Assembly: GCA_004554165.1 (NCBI GenBank)
Contig: SFNQ01000007.1
Coordinates: forward strand, 1,220 to 65,219
Source: Clostridiales bacterium
Lineage (GTDB): Bacteria; Bacillota; Clostridia; Christensenellales; CAG-138
Length of the DNA stretch: 64,000 nt
Direction of reading: 5' to 3'
Made by a program: the position numbers and the translations under genes. Position 1 is the stretch's first letter; every line of letters starts with the position of its first letter. The notes under the pieces are model-generated. The model was not told the origin of the DNA. It made no database searches and saw only the letters and a program-made list of their open reading frames with translations. Below are positions 29,781 through 41,257 of the stretch, one piece after another.

Positions 29781-29809
29781 TTGAGTATTCCATACAACAA
29801 TGGTATACT
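29781..29809 (+). promoter_or_regulatory. Sigma-A-type promoter with extended -10
   Basis: TTGAGT, 17-nt spacer, TGgTATACT. Confidence 0.5.
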
Positions 29810-29847
29810 TTTCTTACATGTGTGCAACAAACTGGAGAGGTGTGGGT

Positions 29848-30786
29848 ATGAAGATTGCCGTTAAGGAGAAGCGGTTTCCGTCCGCAACCGGGAATTGCAA
29901 CTGCCGCTACCGCATGTGGATTCCGGAGGAGGTGCGCGCTGCGGTTCAGCTTACGCACGGCATGGCGGAGCATATCGACCGCTATGACGCCTTTGCCCGC
30001 TTTCTCGCGGAAAACGGCGTTCTCGTTTACGGTCAGGATCATGCGGGCCATGGCAAGAGCATCGGCGAGGGCATGCCCAAGGGCTTTTTTGCCGATGAAA
30101 ACGGCTGGGATGCGCTGGTGCAGGATATGCGAACCCTCCGCGACACGGTAAAAAAGGACTATCCCTCGATTCCCTTCCTCCTCTTTGGCCACTCCATGGG
30201 GTCTTTTCTTGCGCGTACCTATGCCGGGCGCGACGGGAAGGATTTCGACGCATATCTCTTCTGCGGCACCGCTGGCAAAAATCCGGTGTTGCCGGCAGCC
30301 AGATTTTTGGCAAAGCGCGAGATCAGAAAGCATGGCGGCAGAACGCCTTCCGCCCTGCTGCACAGGCTGGCCTTCGGCCCCTACAACAGATTTTTCCGCC
30401 CCAACCGCACCGAGGTGGACTGGCTCTCGAAGGACGAGGACAATGTGGACCGCTATATCGCGGATGACCTCTGCGGCTTTGTCTTTACGGCCTCCGCCAT
30501 GCTGGATCTGTTCAACGGCCTCGGCGAGATATCCAGCCGCCAGTGGGCTGCGTCCGTGCCGGACCGCCCCATTCTCATGATCGCCGGGGACAGGGACCCC
30601 GTGGGCAATATGGGCCGGGGCGTGACGCAGGTGGCAAACTGGCTGAAGGAAACGGGCCATACCGTGGAGCTGATCCTGTACCCGGGCGGCCGCCACGAGA
30701 TTTTGAACGAAAGCAACCGCGAGGAGATCTATCGGGACGTCCTGTTGTTTATCGAAACGGTTGCGGCAGCGGGAGAGTTGGTATGA
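29848..30786 (+). CDS. Alpha/beta hydrolase (lysophospholipase/monoacylglycerol-lipase-like)
   Basis: HGMAEH.., GHSMGS nucleophile elbow, C-terminal ..GGRHEILNE. Confidence 0.8.
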   Translation: MKIAVKEKRFPSATGNCNCRYRMWIPEEVRAAVQLTHGMAEHIDRYDAFARFLAENGVLVYGQDHAGHGKSIGEGMPKGFFADENGWDALVQDMRTLRDTVKKDYPSIPFLLFGHSMGSFLARTYAGRDGKDFDAYLFCGTAGKNPVLPAARFLAKREIRKHGGRTPSALLHRLAFGPYNRFFRPNRTEVDWLSKDEDNVDRYIADDLCGFVFTASAMLDLFNGLGEISSRQWAASVPDRPILMIAGDRDPVGNMGRGVTQVANWLKETGHTVELILYPGGRHEILNESNREEIYRDVLLFIETVAAAGELV

Positions 30787-31451
30787 GCGTTCTGGTATAT
30801 CGCGACAAATCCATCGCGGGCGCTGCGGCTTCAACGCTGCTTGCGGCCCAGATCATCGAAAAGCCGGGCTGCGTGCTGGGGCTGGACTGCGCCGAGGAGC
30901 TGCTGCCCGTCTACCGGGCCGTGGCGCGCATGACTGCGGACGGCCTGCTGGACTGGAGCGAGGTGCGGGCCTATAATCTGTCGGAGTCCGTGCGCGCGGA
31001 CGCCGAGGAATCGGTCATGTCAAAAATGCAGGCGGCGCTTTACGGCCGCATCAACATTGCGCAGGAGAACTGCTTCGCGCCGGGCGCGGACGCCGGCGAC
31101 TGGAGCGTGGTCTGCAACCGGTACGAGAACGATATCCTGGAGGCCGGCGGCATCGACCTGATGTTTCTCGCCGTGGGCAGGGACGGCAGCATTGCGCACA
31201 ATCTGGGCGCGGCCGAGCTGGCGCCCGTGACCCATGTGGAGCGAACGGAAAACGGCCGCGTGGTCACGGTGGGGCTTGCGACGGTCATGTCCGCCAGGAA
31301 GATCGTCGCCCTGATGACGGGAGAGGACAGGACGGAGATTGCCGGACGCATTTTCAACGGTCCGGTCACGCCGCAGGTGCCGGCCAGTTACTTGCAGCTG
31401 CACCCGAACGCCGTATTTCTGCTTGACGAAGCGGCAGCAAAACAGGTATAG
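30783..31451 (+). CDS. NagB/6-phosphogluconolactonase-superfamily protein
   Basis: 222 aa with family-like ..GGIDLMFLAVGRDGSIAHN..PASYLQLHPN... Catalytic assignment is uncertain. Confidence 0.7.
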   Translation: MSVLVYRDKSIAGAAASTLLAAQIIEKPGCVLGLDCAEELLPVYRAVARMTADGLLDWSEVRAYNLSESVRADAEESVMSKMQAALYGRINIAQENCFAPGADAGDWSVVCNRYENDILEAGGIDLMFLAVGRDGSIAHNLGAAELAPVTHVERTENGRVVTVGLATVMSARKIVALMTGEDRTEIAGRIFNGPVTPQVPASYLQLHPNAVFLLDEAAAKQV

Positions 31452-31454
31452 TAC

Positions 31455-32051
31455 ATGGAACGCTGCGGCGCGGCCTGCCAACCCGAACCAGAAGCGCTAT
31501 GGACGCGGCTGGAGGCCGCCGTGGCGGACTGTCGCGGCTGCCGGCTGGCGCAAACCCGCAGGCATACCGCCTTTGGCGAGGGGAACCGCGCGGCGCAGGT
31601 TCTGCTTGTGGGCGAGGGGCCCGGCCGCGAGGAGGATTTGCAGGGCAGGCCCTTTGTGGGCCCGGCGGGACGGCTGCTCGACCGCATGCTGGCTGCCGTC
31701 GGGCTGGACCGCGAGACGGTGTATATCGCAAACGTGGTCAAGTGCCGGCCGCCGGGCAACCGCAACCCGGAGCCGGACGAAGCCGCGGCCTGCCTGCCGT
31801 ACCTGCGCGCGCAGTATGCGCTGCTGCGGCCGAAGATTGTCGTATGCCTTGGCGCCGTGGCGGCAAGATATCTCTGTGATCCGGGGATACGCATTACGCG
31901 CGACCGCGGCAGGTGGCGGGAAAAGGGCGGCGTCTGGTTTCTGCCCACCTATCATCCGGCGGCGCTTTTGCGCGACGAAAGCAAAAAACGGGAAGCGTGG
32001 CTGGACCTGCAGGCGCTTGCCGCGAAAATCAAAGAACTGGAGATACAGTAA
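31455..32051 (+). CDS. Uracil-DNA glycosylase, family 4
   Basis: CRGCRL.., GEGPGREED, FVGPAG.., NVVKCRPP motifs. Confidence 0.85.
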   Translation: MERCGAACQPEPEALWTRLEAAVADCRGCRLAQTRRHTAFGEGNRAAQVLLVGEGPGREEDLQGRPFVGPAGRLLDRMLAAVGLDRETVYIANVVKCRPPGNRNPEPDEAAACLPYLRAQYALLRPKIVVCLGAVAARYLCDPGIRITRDRGRWREKGGVWFLPTYHPAALLRDESKKREAWLDLQALAAKIKELEIQ

Positions 32052-32060
32052 GGAGGCAGT

Positions 32061-32804
32061 ATGTCAGGACATTCCAAATGGGCGAACATTAAAAATAAAA
32101 AGGAAAAGACCGACGCGCAGCGCGGCAAGATCTTCACAAAGATCGGCCGCGAGATTGCCATCGCCGTCAAGGAGGGCGGCGGAGCGGACCCCGCCAACAA
32201 CAGCAAACTCCGGGACGTAATCGCCAAGGCCAAGGCCAACAACATGCCCAACGACAACATCAACCGCTCCATCAAAAAGGCGGCGGGCGAGGGTACGGCG
32301 GTCAACTATGAGGAGATTACCTACGAGGGCTACGGCCCGGGCAACACGGCGGTCATCGTACAGGTGCTGACCGACAACCGCAACCGCATCGCCGCGGAGA
32401 TGCGGCATATCTTCGACAAGAGCGGCGGCAACCTGGGCGCCTCCGGCTGCGTCGGCTGGATGTTCGACAAGAAGGGCGTCATCGTCATTGAGCGCACCGC
32501 CCTCATGGACGAGGACGAGGTCATGATGACCGCGCTGGACGCGGGCGCGGAGGATTTCGTCGCCCAGTACGACGCCTTTGAGGTGTATACCGCACCGGCG
32601 GATTTTTCGGCCGTGCGCGAGGCGCTTGAGGCGGCGGACTTCACCTTCCTCTCCGCAGAGGTGCAGATGCTGCCCCAGAACACCGTGAATATTACGGATG
32701 CGGAGACGGTTGAAAAGGTCGAAAAATTTCTTGAGCGTCTGGACGACAATGACGATGTGCAGGAAGTGTTTCACAACGCCGTTTTGCCGGAGGATGCGGA
32801 ATAG
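32061..32804 (+). CDS. yebC: YebC/PmpR-family DNA-binding regulator
   Basis: [27 protein letters not shown].. is diagnostic. Confidence 0.95.
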   Translation: MSGHSKWANIKNKKEKTDAQRGKIFTKIGREIAIAVKEGGGADPANNSKLRDVIAKAKANNMPNDNINRSIKKAAGEGTAVNYEEITYEGYGPGNTAVIVQVLTDNRNRIAAEMRHIFDKSGGNLGASGCVGWMFDKKGVIVIERTALMDEDEVMMTALDAGAEDFVAQYDAFEVYTAPADFSAVREALEAADFTFLSAEVQMLPQNTVNITDAETVEKVEKFLERLDDNDDVQEVFHNAVLPEDAE

Positions 32805-32881
32805 GCGGGCGGCACGCGCAGAATCTGCGTCCGTTGGGTAAGGACGCTTGCCAACACAGAAAAAATAAAGGAGGCAGTTTT

Positions 32882-33220
32882 ATGGCGGCAGAATTGGTCA
32901 CCGAATTGGGAAAGATCACAATTTCCGAAGATCTGATCGGCGATATTGCGGGCTTTGCGGCTGTAGAAAACTACGGCATCGTCGGCATGAACGCGAAAAA
33001 GGTGGAACTGTTCAAGCGCGACAACCTTCGCCGCGGCGTGCAGGTGACGCTCGTGGGTCCGCAGACCGTGGCAATCGATCTGTTCGTCACTCTGGAATAC
33101 GGCGTCTCCCTGCCGGCGGTGGCGGAAAACACGAAGGACAATGTAAAATACCGCGTGGAGGATCTCACCGGACTGAAGGTGCAGTATGTCAACATCCACG
33201 TTGAAGGAATTCGCGTCTGA
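32882..33220 (+). CDS. Asp23/Gls24-family protein (YloU-like)
   Basis: 112 aa, ..ISEDLIGDIAGFAAVENYGIVGM... AAGGAGG lies upstream of ATG 32882. Precedes the DAK2 gene as in Bacillus. Confidence 0.85.
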   Translation: MAAELVTELGKITISEDLIGDIAGFAAVENYGIVGMNAKKVELFKRDNLRRGVQVTLVGPQTVAIDLFVTLEYGVSLPAVAENTKDNVKYRVEDLTGLKVQYVNIHVEGIRV

Positions 33221-33262
33221 CCGCACGCCATTTGGCCGGTCAAATTTGCGGATGGAGGAAAC

Positions 33263-34897
33263 ATGAATCAATTGAATATCACCGGGGCGCAGTTCCGCGA
33301 CATGATCGCGGTCGGTGCCGCCCTGCTTGAAAAAAACAAGCAGGCCATCGATGCGCTCAACGTTTTTCCCGTACCCGATGGGGATACGGGTACCAACATG
33401 TCCATGACCATGCAGAGCGCGGTCAGGGAGCTCCAGAAGGTGGCGGAAACAGCCACGGTCTCCGAAGTGGCCGATGCGCTCAGCATGGGTGCGCTGCGCG
33501 GCGCGCGCGGCAATTCGGGCGTTATTCTGTCGCAGCTGTTCCGCGGCTTTTCCCGCGCGCTCAAGGGCGCGGAAACCATGGACGCGCAGCGCTTTTCCGA
33601 CGCGCTCATCATGGGCAGCGAGGCGGCCTACAAGGCGGTCATGCGGCCCAAGGAGGGCACGATTCTGACCGTTTCCCGCGCCATTGCGGAGGCGGTGGCC
33701 GAGCTTTCCGGGCGGGGCGCCAACGTCTACCGGCTGATGGACGCGGTGCTGGAGGCCGGGGAGAGGGCGCTTGCGCTGACGCCGGAGCAGCTGCCCGTGC
33801 TGAAGGAAGCGGGCGTGGTCGATTCCGGCGGCAAGGGTCTTTTGACCATCTATCGCGGTTTCAAGCTCTCGATGGATGGCGAGGAGGCAGCGGATTACGA
33901 GGAGATTCCCGTGGACGCCGCCGTGATCTCCAGCGATACCGAGCTCACGGAGGAAAACATTACCTTTGGGTATTGCACGGAATTTTTTATCATTCATCTG
34001 AATCCATCGTTTCAGGAATCCGATCTCGATAATTTCCGCGAGCACCTCATGCGCATCGGCGATTCCGTGGTTGCCGCGTACGATTCCGACATGATCAAGG
34101 TGCATGTGCATTCGGACGCCCCCGGAAAGGTGCTGCAAATGGCGCTGCGCCTGGGCGAGCTGGACCGGCTGAAAATCGAGAACATGCGCGAGCAGAACCG
34201 GGAGCTGCAGGCCGAGCGCAAGCGCAACGAGAAGGAGTATGCCATGATCGCCGTCAGCGCGGGCGCGGGGTTGGACGAGGTGTTCCATGAGCTTGCCGTG
34301 GATCAGATCATCACGGGCGGCCAGACGATGAACCCCAGCATCGACAGCATTGCCCAGGCGATCCGAAAGGTCAACGCCAGGAACGTTTTCGTTTTCCCCA
34401 ACAACAGCAACATCATCCTTGCGGCGCAGCAGGCCGGAGAACTGGCCTCCTGCAACGTTGTGGTGCTGCCGACCAAGACCATTCCCCAGGGGATTTCCGC
34501 AGCCATGACCTTCAATCCCACGGAGAGCCTCGAGGAGAACACCGCCGCCATGAACGAGGCGCTTGAAAACGTCGTCTCCGGCGCGGTGACCTATGCCGTG
34601 CGCAGGACAAAGTTTCAGGGCAGGGATATCAAAAAGGGCGATATCATCGGGCTCATGGACAACGACCTCTGCGTGGTCAGCGAAACGGTGGAAGCTGCGG
34701 CGGAAGCGCTGCTTGCCAGAATGATGGAGAAGAAGGGCGAGGCCGACGCTGCGGTGACGCTGTTCTACGGCGAAGAGGTCGCGCAGGAGGACGCGGAGGC
34801 GCTCCTTGCAAAGCTGGAGGAACGCTACCCGGAGGCCGAGTGCATGATCCAGAGCGGCGGGCAGTCGCTGTACTACTACTATCTCGCTGTGGAGTGA
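33263..34897 (+). CDS. DAK2-domain protein (YloV-like)
   Basis: 544 aa, ..FPVPDGDTGTNM.. Dak phosphatase-like N-domain. Confidence 0.9.
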   Translation: MNQLNITGAQFRDMIAVGAALLEKNKQAIDALNVFPVPDGDTGTNMSMTMQSAVRELQKVAETATVSEVADALSMGALRGARGNSGVILSQLFRGFSRALKGAETMDAQRFSDALIMGSEAAYKAVMRPKEGTILTVSRAIAEAVAELSGRGANVYRLMDAVLEAGERALALTPEQLPVLKEAGVVDSGGKGLLTIYRGFKLSMDGEEAADYEEIPVDAAVISSDTELTEENITFGYCTEFFIIHLNPSFQESDLDNFREHLMRIGDSVVAAYDSDMIKVHVHSDAPGKVLQMALRLGELDRLKIENMREQNRELQAERKRNEKEYAMIAVSAGAGLDEVFHELAVDQIITGGQTMNPSIDSIAQAIRKVNARNVFVFPNNSNIILAAQQAGELASCNVVVLPTKTIPQGISAAMTFNPTESLEENTAAMNEALENVVSGAVTYAVRRTKFQGRDIKKGDIIGLMDNDLCVVSETVEAAAEALLARMMEKKGEADAAVTLFYGEEVAQEDAEALLAKLEERYPEAECMIQSGGQSLYYYYLAVE

Positions 34898-34990
34898 AGC
34901 CGGCGGGAAGCGGCGGTACGTCAGGAGCATTTTGGGCAGGGCGGGCGCGGACCCGCCCGCTTGTCGTCTGATGCAAAGGAGAGGGCTTTG

Positions 34991-36997
34991 ATGGAGACGC
35001 TGCCCCTTACGGCAATCAAGGGCGTAGGCGAAGCGCGGGCGAAGGCGCTCCGGCAGCTTGGCGTGAACACGGTTGGCGACCTGCTGCGCTTTTTGCCCCG
35101 CGATTTTCAGGATTTTTCTGAAGCCAGACCGGTGGCGTCGCTGAAGAATGGGGAGATGGCAGCGGTCCGTGTGCGCATCCTCGAAGAACCGAAGCTGGCG
35201 CGCTTTCACGGCATGACCGTGGTTTCCGTTCCGGCGTCGGACGGCCCGGACCGGCTCCGGCTCAAGTGGTACAACCAGCCCTATCGGAAAAACCAGGTTT
35301 TTGCGGGCCAGACGAAGATCGCCTGCGGCCGGGTGGACAGGGCGCGCGGCGTGGCGATGCAAAACCCGCAGCTGCTGGATGAATTGCCGGGGCTGATCCC
35401 GGTATACCCGCTTTGCCGCGGGCTGACGCAGCGGACGGTGCGGACAGCCATGCGCGGCGCGCTGGAGCTTCTGGAGAGCGGCTTGCAGGAGACGCTGCCG
35501 GACGATATCCTTGCGGATTACGGACTTTGTCCGCTTTGGGAGGCGCTGCACGCGGTGCATTTTCCCGCAGCGCGGGAAACGCTCCTGGCGGCGCGGCGAA
35601 GGCTCGCCTTTGAAAACATGACGGCCTACCTTGCGGTTGTGGAGCTGCAACGGCAGAACCGCCGGCGCATGAACGGAATCGCCTTCGACGTTTCCGGCGT
35701 GCGGGAGCGCTTGCTCAAAAAGCTCCCCTTCGCCCTGACAGGCGCACAGCAGCGCGTGCTGGACGAAATTGATGCGGATATGCAAAGCCCCGTTCCCATG
35801 AACCGGCTGGTGCAGGGGGACGTGGGCTCCGGAAAGACCGCGGTGGCGCTGTATGCGCTTTGCGTTGCCGCGGCAAACGGCCGTCAGGGGGCGCTGCTTG
35901 CGCCGACGGAGATTCTCGCGCGGCAGCATTTTGAAACCCTCAGCACAATTTTTGGAGAATCCGCCTGTCTCTTAACGGGCAATATGAAAAAGCGGGAGCG
36001 GGATGCGGCGCTCGACCGCATTGAAAGCGGCGCGGCGCTGTGCGTTGCGGGCACCCACGCGCTTTTGCAGGAGGATGTTCGCTTCCACAGGCTGGGCCTT
36101 GTGGTGACGGACGAGCAGCACCGCTTTGGCGTTGCGCAGCGGGCGGCGCTGGAAAAAAAGGGCGTCCGGCCGGATGTGCTGGTCATGAGCGCGACGCCCA
36201 TTCCCCGTACGCTGGCCATGCTCCTGTACGGTGACCTCGATGTTTCCGTGCTGGACGAGCTGCCGCCCGGCCGCAAGCCGGTCAAAACCAGCTGCATCCC
36301 GGAAAGCCGCCGCAGAGACATGTATGATTATGTGGCGCGGCAGGCTGCGCAGGGCTTGCAGACCTATGTGGTCTGCCCCTTCATCGAGCCCTCGGACACG
36401 GTGGATGGGCCCAGCGCGACGGCGCTGTATCAGGAGCTGCGCGAGGCATATCCCGCCGTTTCCTTCGGGCTGCTGCATGGACGCATGGGCCAGCAGGAGA
36501 AGGAGCACGCCATTGCGCGCTTCCGTAGCGGCGAAACCCGCGTTCTTGTCACGACCACGGTCATCGAGGTGGGGGTACACGTCGATAAGGCAGCGGTAAT
36601 GATTATTGAGGGCGCGGAGCGCTTCGGCCTTGCGCAGCTGCATCAGCTTCGCGGGCGGGTGGGCCGCGGCAGCGAGCAGGCGTATTGCTTTCTGCTGGCG
36701 GAGAGCGGCGGCGACGCCGCGCTTGCCCGCCTCTGCGCGCTGACCGAGAGCAACGACGGCTTTTGGATTGCCGAGCGCGACCTTGCCCAGCGCGGGCCGG
36801 GCGATTTTCTCGGCACACGGCAGCACGGCGAGGGCGACGCCGCGCTGTTTTCCGCCGCGGGCAGCATGGAGCTGCTGGAAGAAGCAAAGGCGGCGGCGCA
36901 GCGCGTCATCGATCTGCCCAGCGTCCGGAACAACGCCTTCCTCGCGGCGGCGCTTGCCCGCTATCAGGCAAAATTCGACAGCATTGCAATGAATTAA
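34991..36997 (+). CDS. recG: ATP-dependent DNA helicase RecG
   Basis: Wedge domain plus helicase motifs (GDVGSGKT, DEQHRFG). Start taken at ATG 34991 after GGAGAGGG. Confidence 0.95.
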   Translation: METLPLTAIKGVGEARAKALRQLGVNTVGDLLRFLPRDFQDFSEARPVASLKNGEMAAVRVRILEEPKLARFHGMTVVSVPASDGPDRLRLKWYNQPYRKNQVFAGQTKIACGRVDRARGVAMQNPQLLDELPGLIPVYPLCRGLTQRTVRTAMRGALELLESGLQETLPDDILADYGLCPLWEALHAVHFPAARETLLAARRRLAFENMTAYLAVVELQRQNRRRMNGIAFDVSGVRERLLKKLPFALTGAQQRVLDEIDADMQSPVPMNRLVQGDVGSGKTAVALYALCVAAANGRQGALLAPTEILARQHFETLSTIFGESACLLTGNMKKRERDAALDRIESGAALCVAGTHALLQEDVRFHRLGLVVTDEQHRFGVAQRAALEKKGVRPDVLVMSATPIPRTLAMLLYGDLDVSVLDELPPGRKPVKTSCIPESRRRDMYDYVARQAAQGLQTYVVCPFIEPSDTVDGPSATALYQELREAYPAVSFGLLHGRMGQQEKEHAIARFRSGETRVLVTTTVIEVGVHVDKAAVMIIEGAERFGLAQLHQLRGRVGRGSEQAYCFLLAESGGDAALARLCALTESNDGFWIAERDLAQRGPGDFLGTRQHGEGDAALFSAAGSMELLEEAKAAAQRVIDLPSVRNNAFLAAALARYQAKFDSIAMN

Positions 36998-37141
36998 TTC
37001 GCATCGGCATGTTTGTTACCTTCTTCAAAAACCCACAAAATCTGTGGGATTTTTTTCATAATAAACCTGTACAAATTTCCAGTCATATTTCGGCGAAATG
37101 CGCACAAATTAGAACCACATCCGAAAAAGGAGGTGAATACG

Positions 37142-37333
37142 ATGGCACGAAACGGCGCATTGGTTCCTGAAGCGAAGTCCAAGATGAACAGTCTGAAGAC
37201 CGAGGTTGCGAACTCTCTGAACGTCAACCTGCAGCAGGGCTACAATGGCAGCCTGACCTCGCGTGAGGCGGGTTCCATCGGTGGCGAAATGGTGAAGCGC
37301 ATGATCGCTTACGCGGAAAACAACATGAACTAA
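37142..37333 (+). CDS. Small acid-soluble spore protein, alpha/beta type
   Basis: 63 aa, ..LVPEAKSKMNSLKTEVANSLNV..SREAGSIGGEMVKRMI.. is the SASP signature. AAGGAGG is the RBS. Confidence 0.9.
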   Translation: MARNGALVPEAKSKMNSLKTEVANSLNVNLQQGYNGSLTSREAGSIGGEMVKRMIAYAENNMN

Positions 37334-37403
37334 ACCATGAGTGACAGCCGGCGCAGCAAACTGCCAGGCAAAGAATAATACATGGAAGAAAGGAGTACCG
37401 AAC

Positions 37404-37595
37404 ATGGCCAGAAACGGAGCACTGGTTCCTGAAGCGAAGTCCAAGATGGACAGCCTCAAGACCGAGGTTGCGAACTCTCTGAACGTTAACCTCAAGCAGG
37501 GCTACAACGGCGACCTGACCTCGCGCGAAGCGGGTTCTGTCGGCGGCGAGATGGTGAAGCGCATGATCGCTTATGCGCAGACCAACATGAAATAA
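37404..37595 (+). CDS. Small acid-soluble spore protein, alpha/beta type (tandem paralogue)
   Basis: 63 aa, near-identical to the upstream copy. Confidence 0.9.
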   Translation: MARNGALVPEAKSKMDSLKTEVANSLNVNLKQGYNGDLTSREAGSVGGEMVKRMIAYAQTNMK

Positions 37596-37612
37596 ACAGT
37601 ACGACGATATAC

Positions 37613-37637
37613 GGGGCCGGCGCTCATGCGCCGGCCT
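37613..37637. repeat. Left copy of a 25-bp target duplication GGGGCCGGCGCTCATGCGCCGGCCT (contains a 9-bp-stem hairpin)
   Basis: Identical 25-mer at 37882-37906. Lies 18 nt after the SASP stop. Confidence 0.85.
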
Positions 37638-37881
37638 CAGAGTGTCGAAAAAGTGGCTGAACGCCACTTTTTCGAGCTTTCACAGGTTTTGCCTCTCCCA
37701 TTGTCTCCCGGGCGGCAAAACCCGCAAAGTACGAAAACCTCCGGGTTTTCATCCGTTCTGACGCACACCCCCCAGGGGGCCTTCTCTTGCCCCTGCGGGG
37801 CAATTCACCTTGTGTCGTCAGAGCCGGATGGAACATAAGGGGCTGCGGCCCATTATCAACCCCGGGGTTTTTCGACAGGCT
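37638..37881 (+). mobile_element. Structured TIR element, copy 2 (with a ~45-nt expansion in one hairpin loop)
   Basis: Collinear with 200-398. Same termini (CAGAGTGTCGAAAAA / TTTTTCGACAGGCT). Flanked by a 25-bp direct repeat. Confidence 0.8.
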
Positions 37882-37906
37882 GGGGCCGGCGCTCATGCGC
37901 CGGCCT
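37882..37906. repeat. Right copy of the 25-bp target duplication
   Basis: Identical to 37613-37637. Confidence 0.85.
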
Positions 37907-38127
37907 GCTGCATGCCGAAACAGGGGCCTGGCGGCGCCTGCTCCGCTCACTCCGGATTTTGCGGCGCCGGTTTCCGGTGGGCAGGGGCAGCCGGGAAGGG
38001 AAGCAGACGTCTTGCCGGCGTTTCAGCGGCGCGGCGGCTCCGAGTCTGCAAGCCTGCGGACGGAATTGCCGCCCACAAAGGGCGCGGTGGAAACCACGAA
38101 GCCGGATCCCGTCCGGCGCAAAGGGTC

Positions 38128-39168
38128 TCAAAAGCCCTTTTCCACCGTGAAATCCAGCGATTCGCCCGTTTTCCTGTTCACATGATAACAATCCCGGTAG
38201 GGCGAGTAGGTAACGATTTCGATGCTGCGCGACAGGGGGTCAAAGCGCAGAAGGCGAAGAAAACCGTAGGAGGCGCTGCCCTTCAGGTTAAACATCATTG
38301 CGCAGACCCTGCGCTCCGCCGTACCGTCGCCATCGTCATCATAGGACTCGTAGCGCGTGGAGACGCCGCTGCTGTGGCCGCAAAGCACCAGGCGAACATT
38401 GGGGTTGGCGGCGACGATGCGCTCCTGGTTTTCCCGGCTTTTCTTGAAGGTTTCGCCCTTGCCGTCCATATACCGGTGAAACAGCACAATGCCCACGCGA
38501 TCCCGGTGCGCTTGCAGAACCGCGTCGATCCAGTCGAAAGCGCCCTCAAACTGCCGCGTTGCGTCAAAGCCTACGCCAAGGACGATAAAGTCCGTGCCGC
38601 CGGCAGAGAACAGGTCGTAGAACACCGCGCCGTCTCCAAACTTCCGCTCCGGTGGAAAATCGTTCAGAAAGTCGCAGTGCGTGTAACCCTCATAGTTTTG
38701 CGCGCGCACGCCGATGTCATGGTTGCCTGCCACGGGATAGAAGGGGATTTTCCCGCGGAATTTTTGCAGAGCCAGATCAAAATTGTCCCACTCCCAGCTC
38801 TTAAAACCATTGTCCACAATATCGCCGGTATGGAACACGCCGATGATGTTCTCGGTCTCAATTTTTGCGCTAATCCAGTCGCCCATGCTGTCCAGCGCAT
38901 CCGGCACATGGTAGCTCAGGGCCTGCGTGTCCGTCATCCAGACAAAGGAAAAGGGCGTTGGCTGGGGCGAAGGGGAGGGCGAAGGGGAGGACGAAGGGCC
39001 GGGGGCGGGGCTTACCTGCACGGGGGCAGGGCTTTCCTGAACGGAATCGGCCGGAGCCGAAGGCGCGGGAGCCGCCGCCGGAGCGCTCTTGGCGCAGGCG
39101 CAGCAGAGCAGGCACAGCGCCAGTAAGGCCATAACGATTGGGGAGAGGGTGGGTCGGCGATGCTGCAA
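38128..39168 (-). CDS. Calcineurin-like metallophosphoesterase lipoprotein
   Basis: Lipobox LCCAC, a Pro/Ser-rich linker, then GD..GDIVDNG..GNHD motifs. TTG start sits after GGAGGA. Confidence 0.8.
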   Translation of the reverse strand: MQHRRPTLSPIVMALLALCLLCCACAKSAPAAAPAPSAPADSVQESPAPVQVSPAPGPSSSPSPSPSPQPTPFSFVWMTDTQALSYHVPDALDSMGDWISAKIETENIIGVFHTGDIVDNGFKSWEWDNFDLALQKFRGKIPFYPVAGNHDIGVRAQNYEGYTHCDFLNDFPPERKFGDGAVFYDLFSAGGTDFIVLGVGFDATRQFEGAFDWIDAVLQAHRDRVGIVLFHRYMDGKGETFKKSRENQERIVAANPNVRLVLCGHSSGVSTRYESYDDDGDGTAERRVCAMMFNLKGSASYGFLRLLRFDPLSRSIEIVTYSPYRDCYHVNRKTGESLDFTVEKGF

Positions 39169-39454
39169 GCAGATTTCCTCCGAGTCTGTTTTATTTTATA
39201 AGAGTAACATGAAACCGGTTGAAATGCAAACCCGCCCCGGCCCCAAAGGCACCGAGCATCCAATGGAGGTGCCGGCTTGGCGCGGAGGCACATCCGGCCC
39301 GCCAATGCTCTGCCGGGCCAGAGGAACCATCCAAAAGGAAGGGCCTTTTGACCGCTGGCGAAAAGCGTACTTTTCTTGCATTTCTTTCCCGCATACGGTA
39401 TCATTGTTTGCAGCTGGCTTTGGCCGGCCGAATTGTTGTGGGAGGAATGACCCT

Positions 39455-41256
<1,802 letters not shown>

Positions 41257-41257
<1 letters not shown>

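Noticed and set aside
32771-35929. 1052-aa minus-strand ORF
   Set aside because: Antisense to yebC, asp23, yloV and recG. Low-complexity Arg/Leu/Ala composition, so a high-GC artefact.
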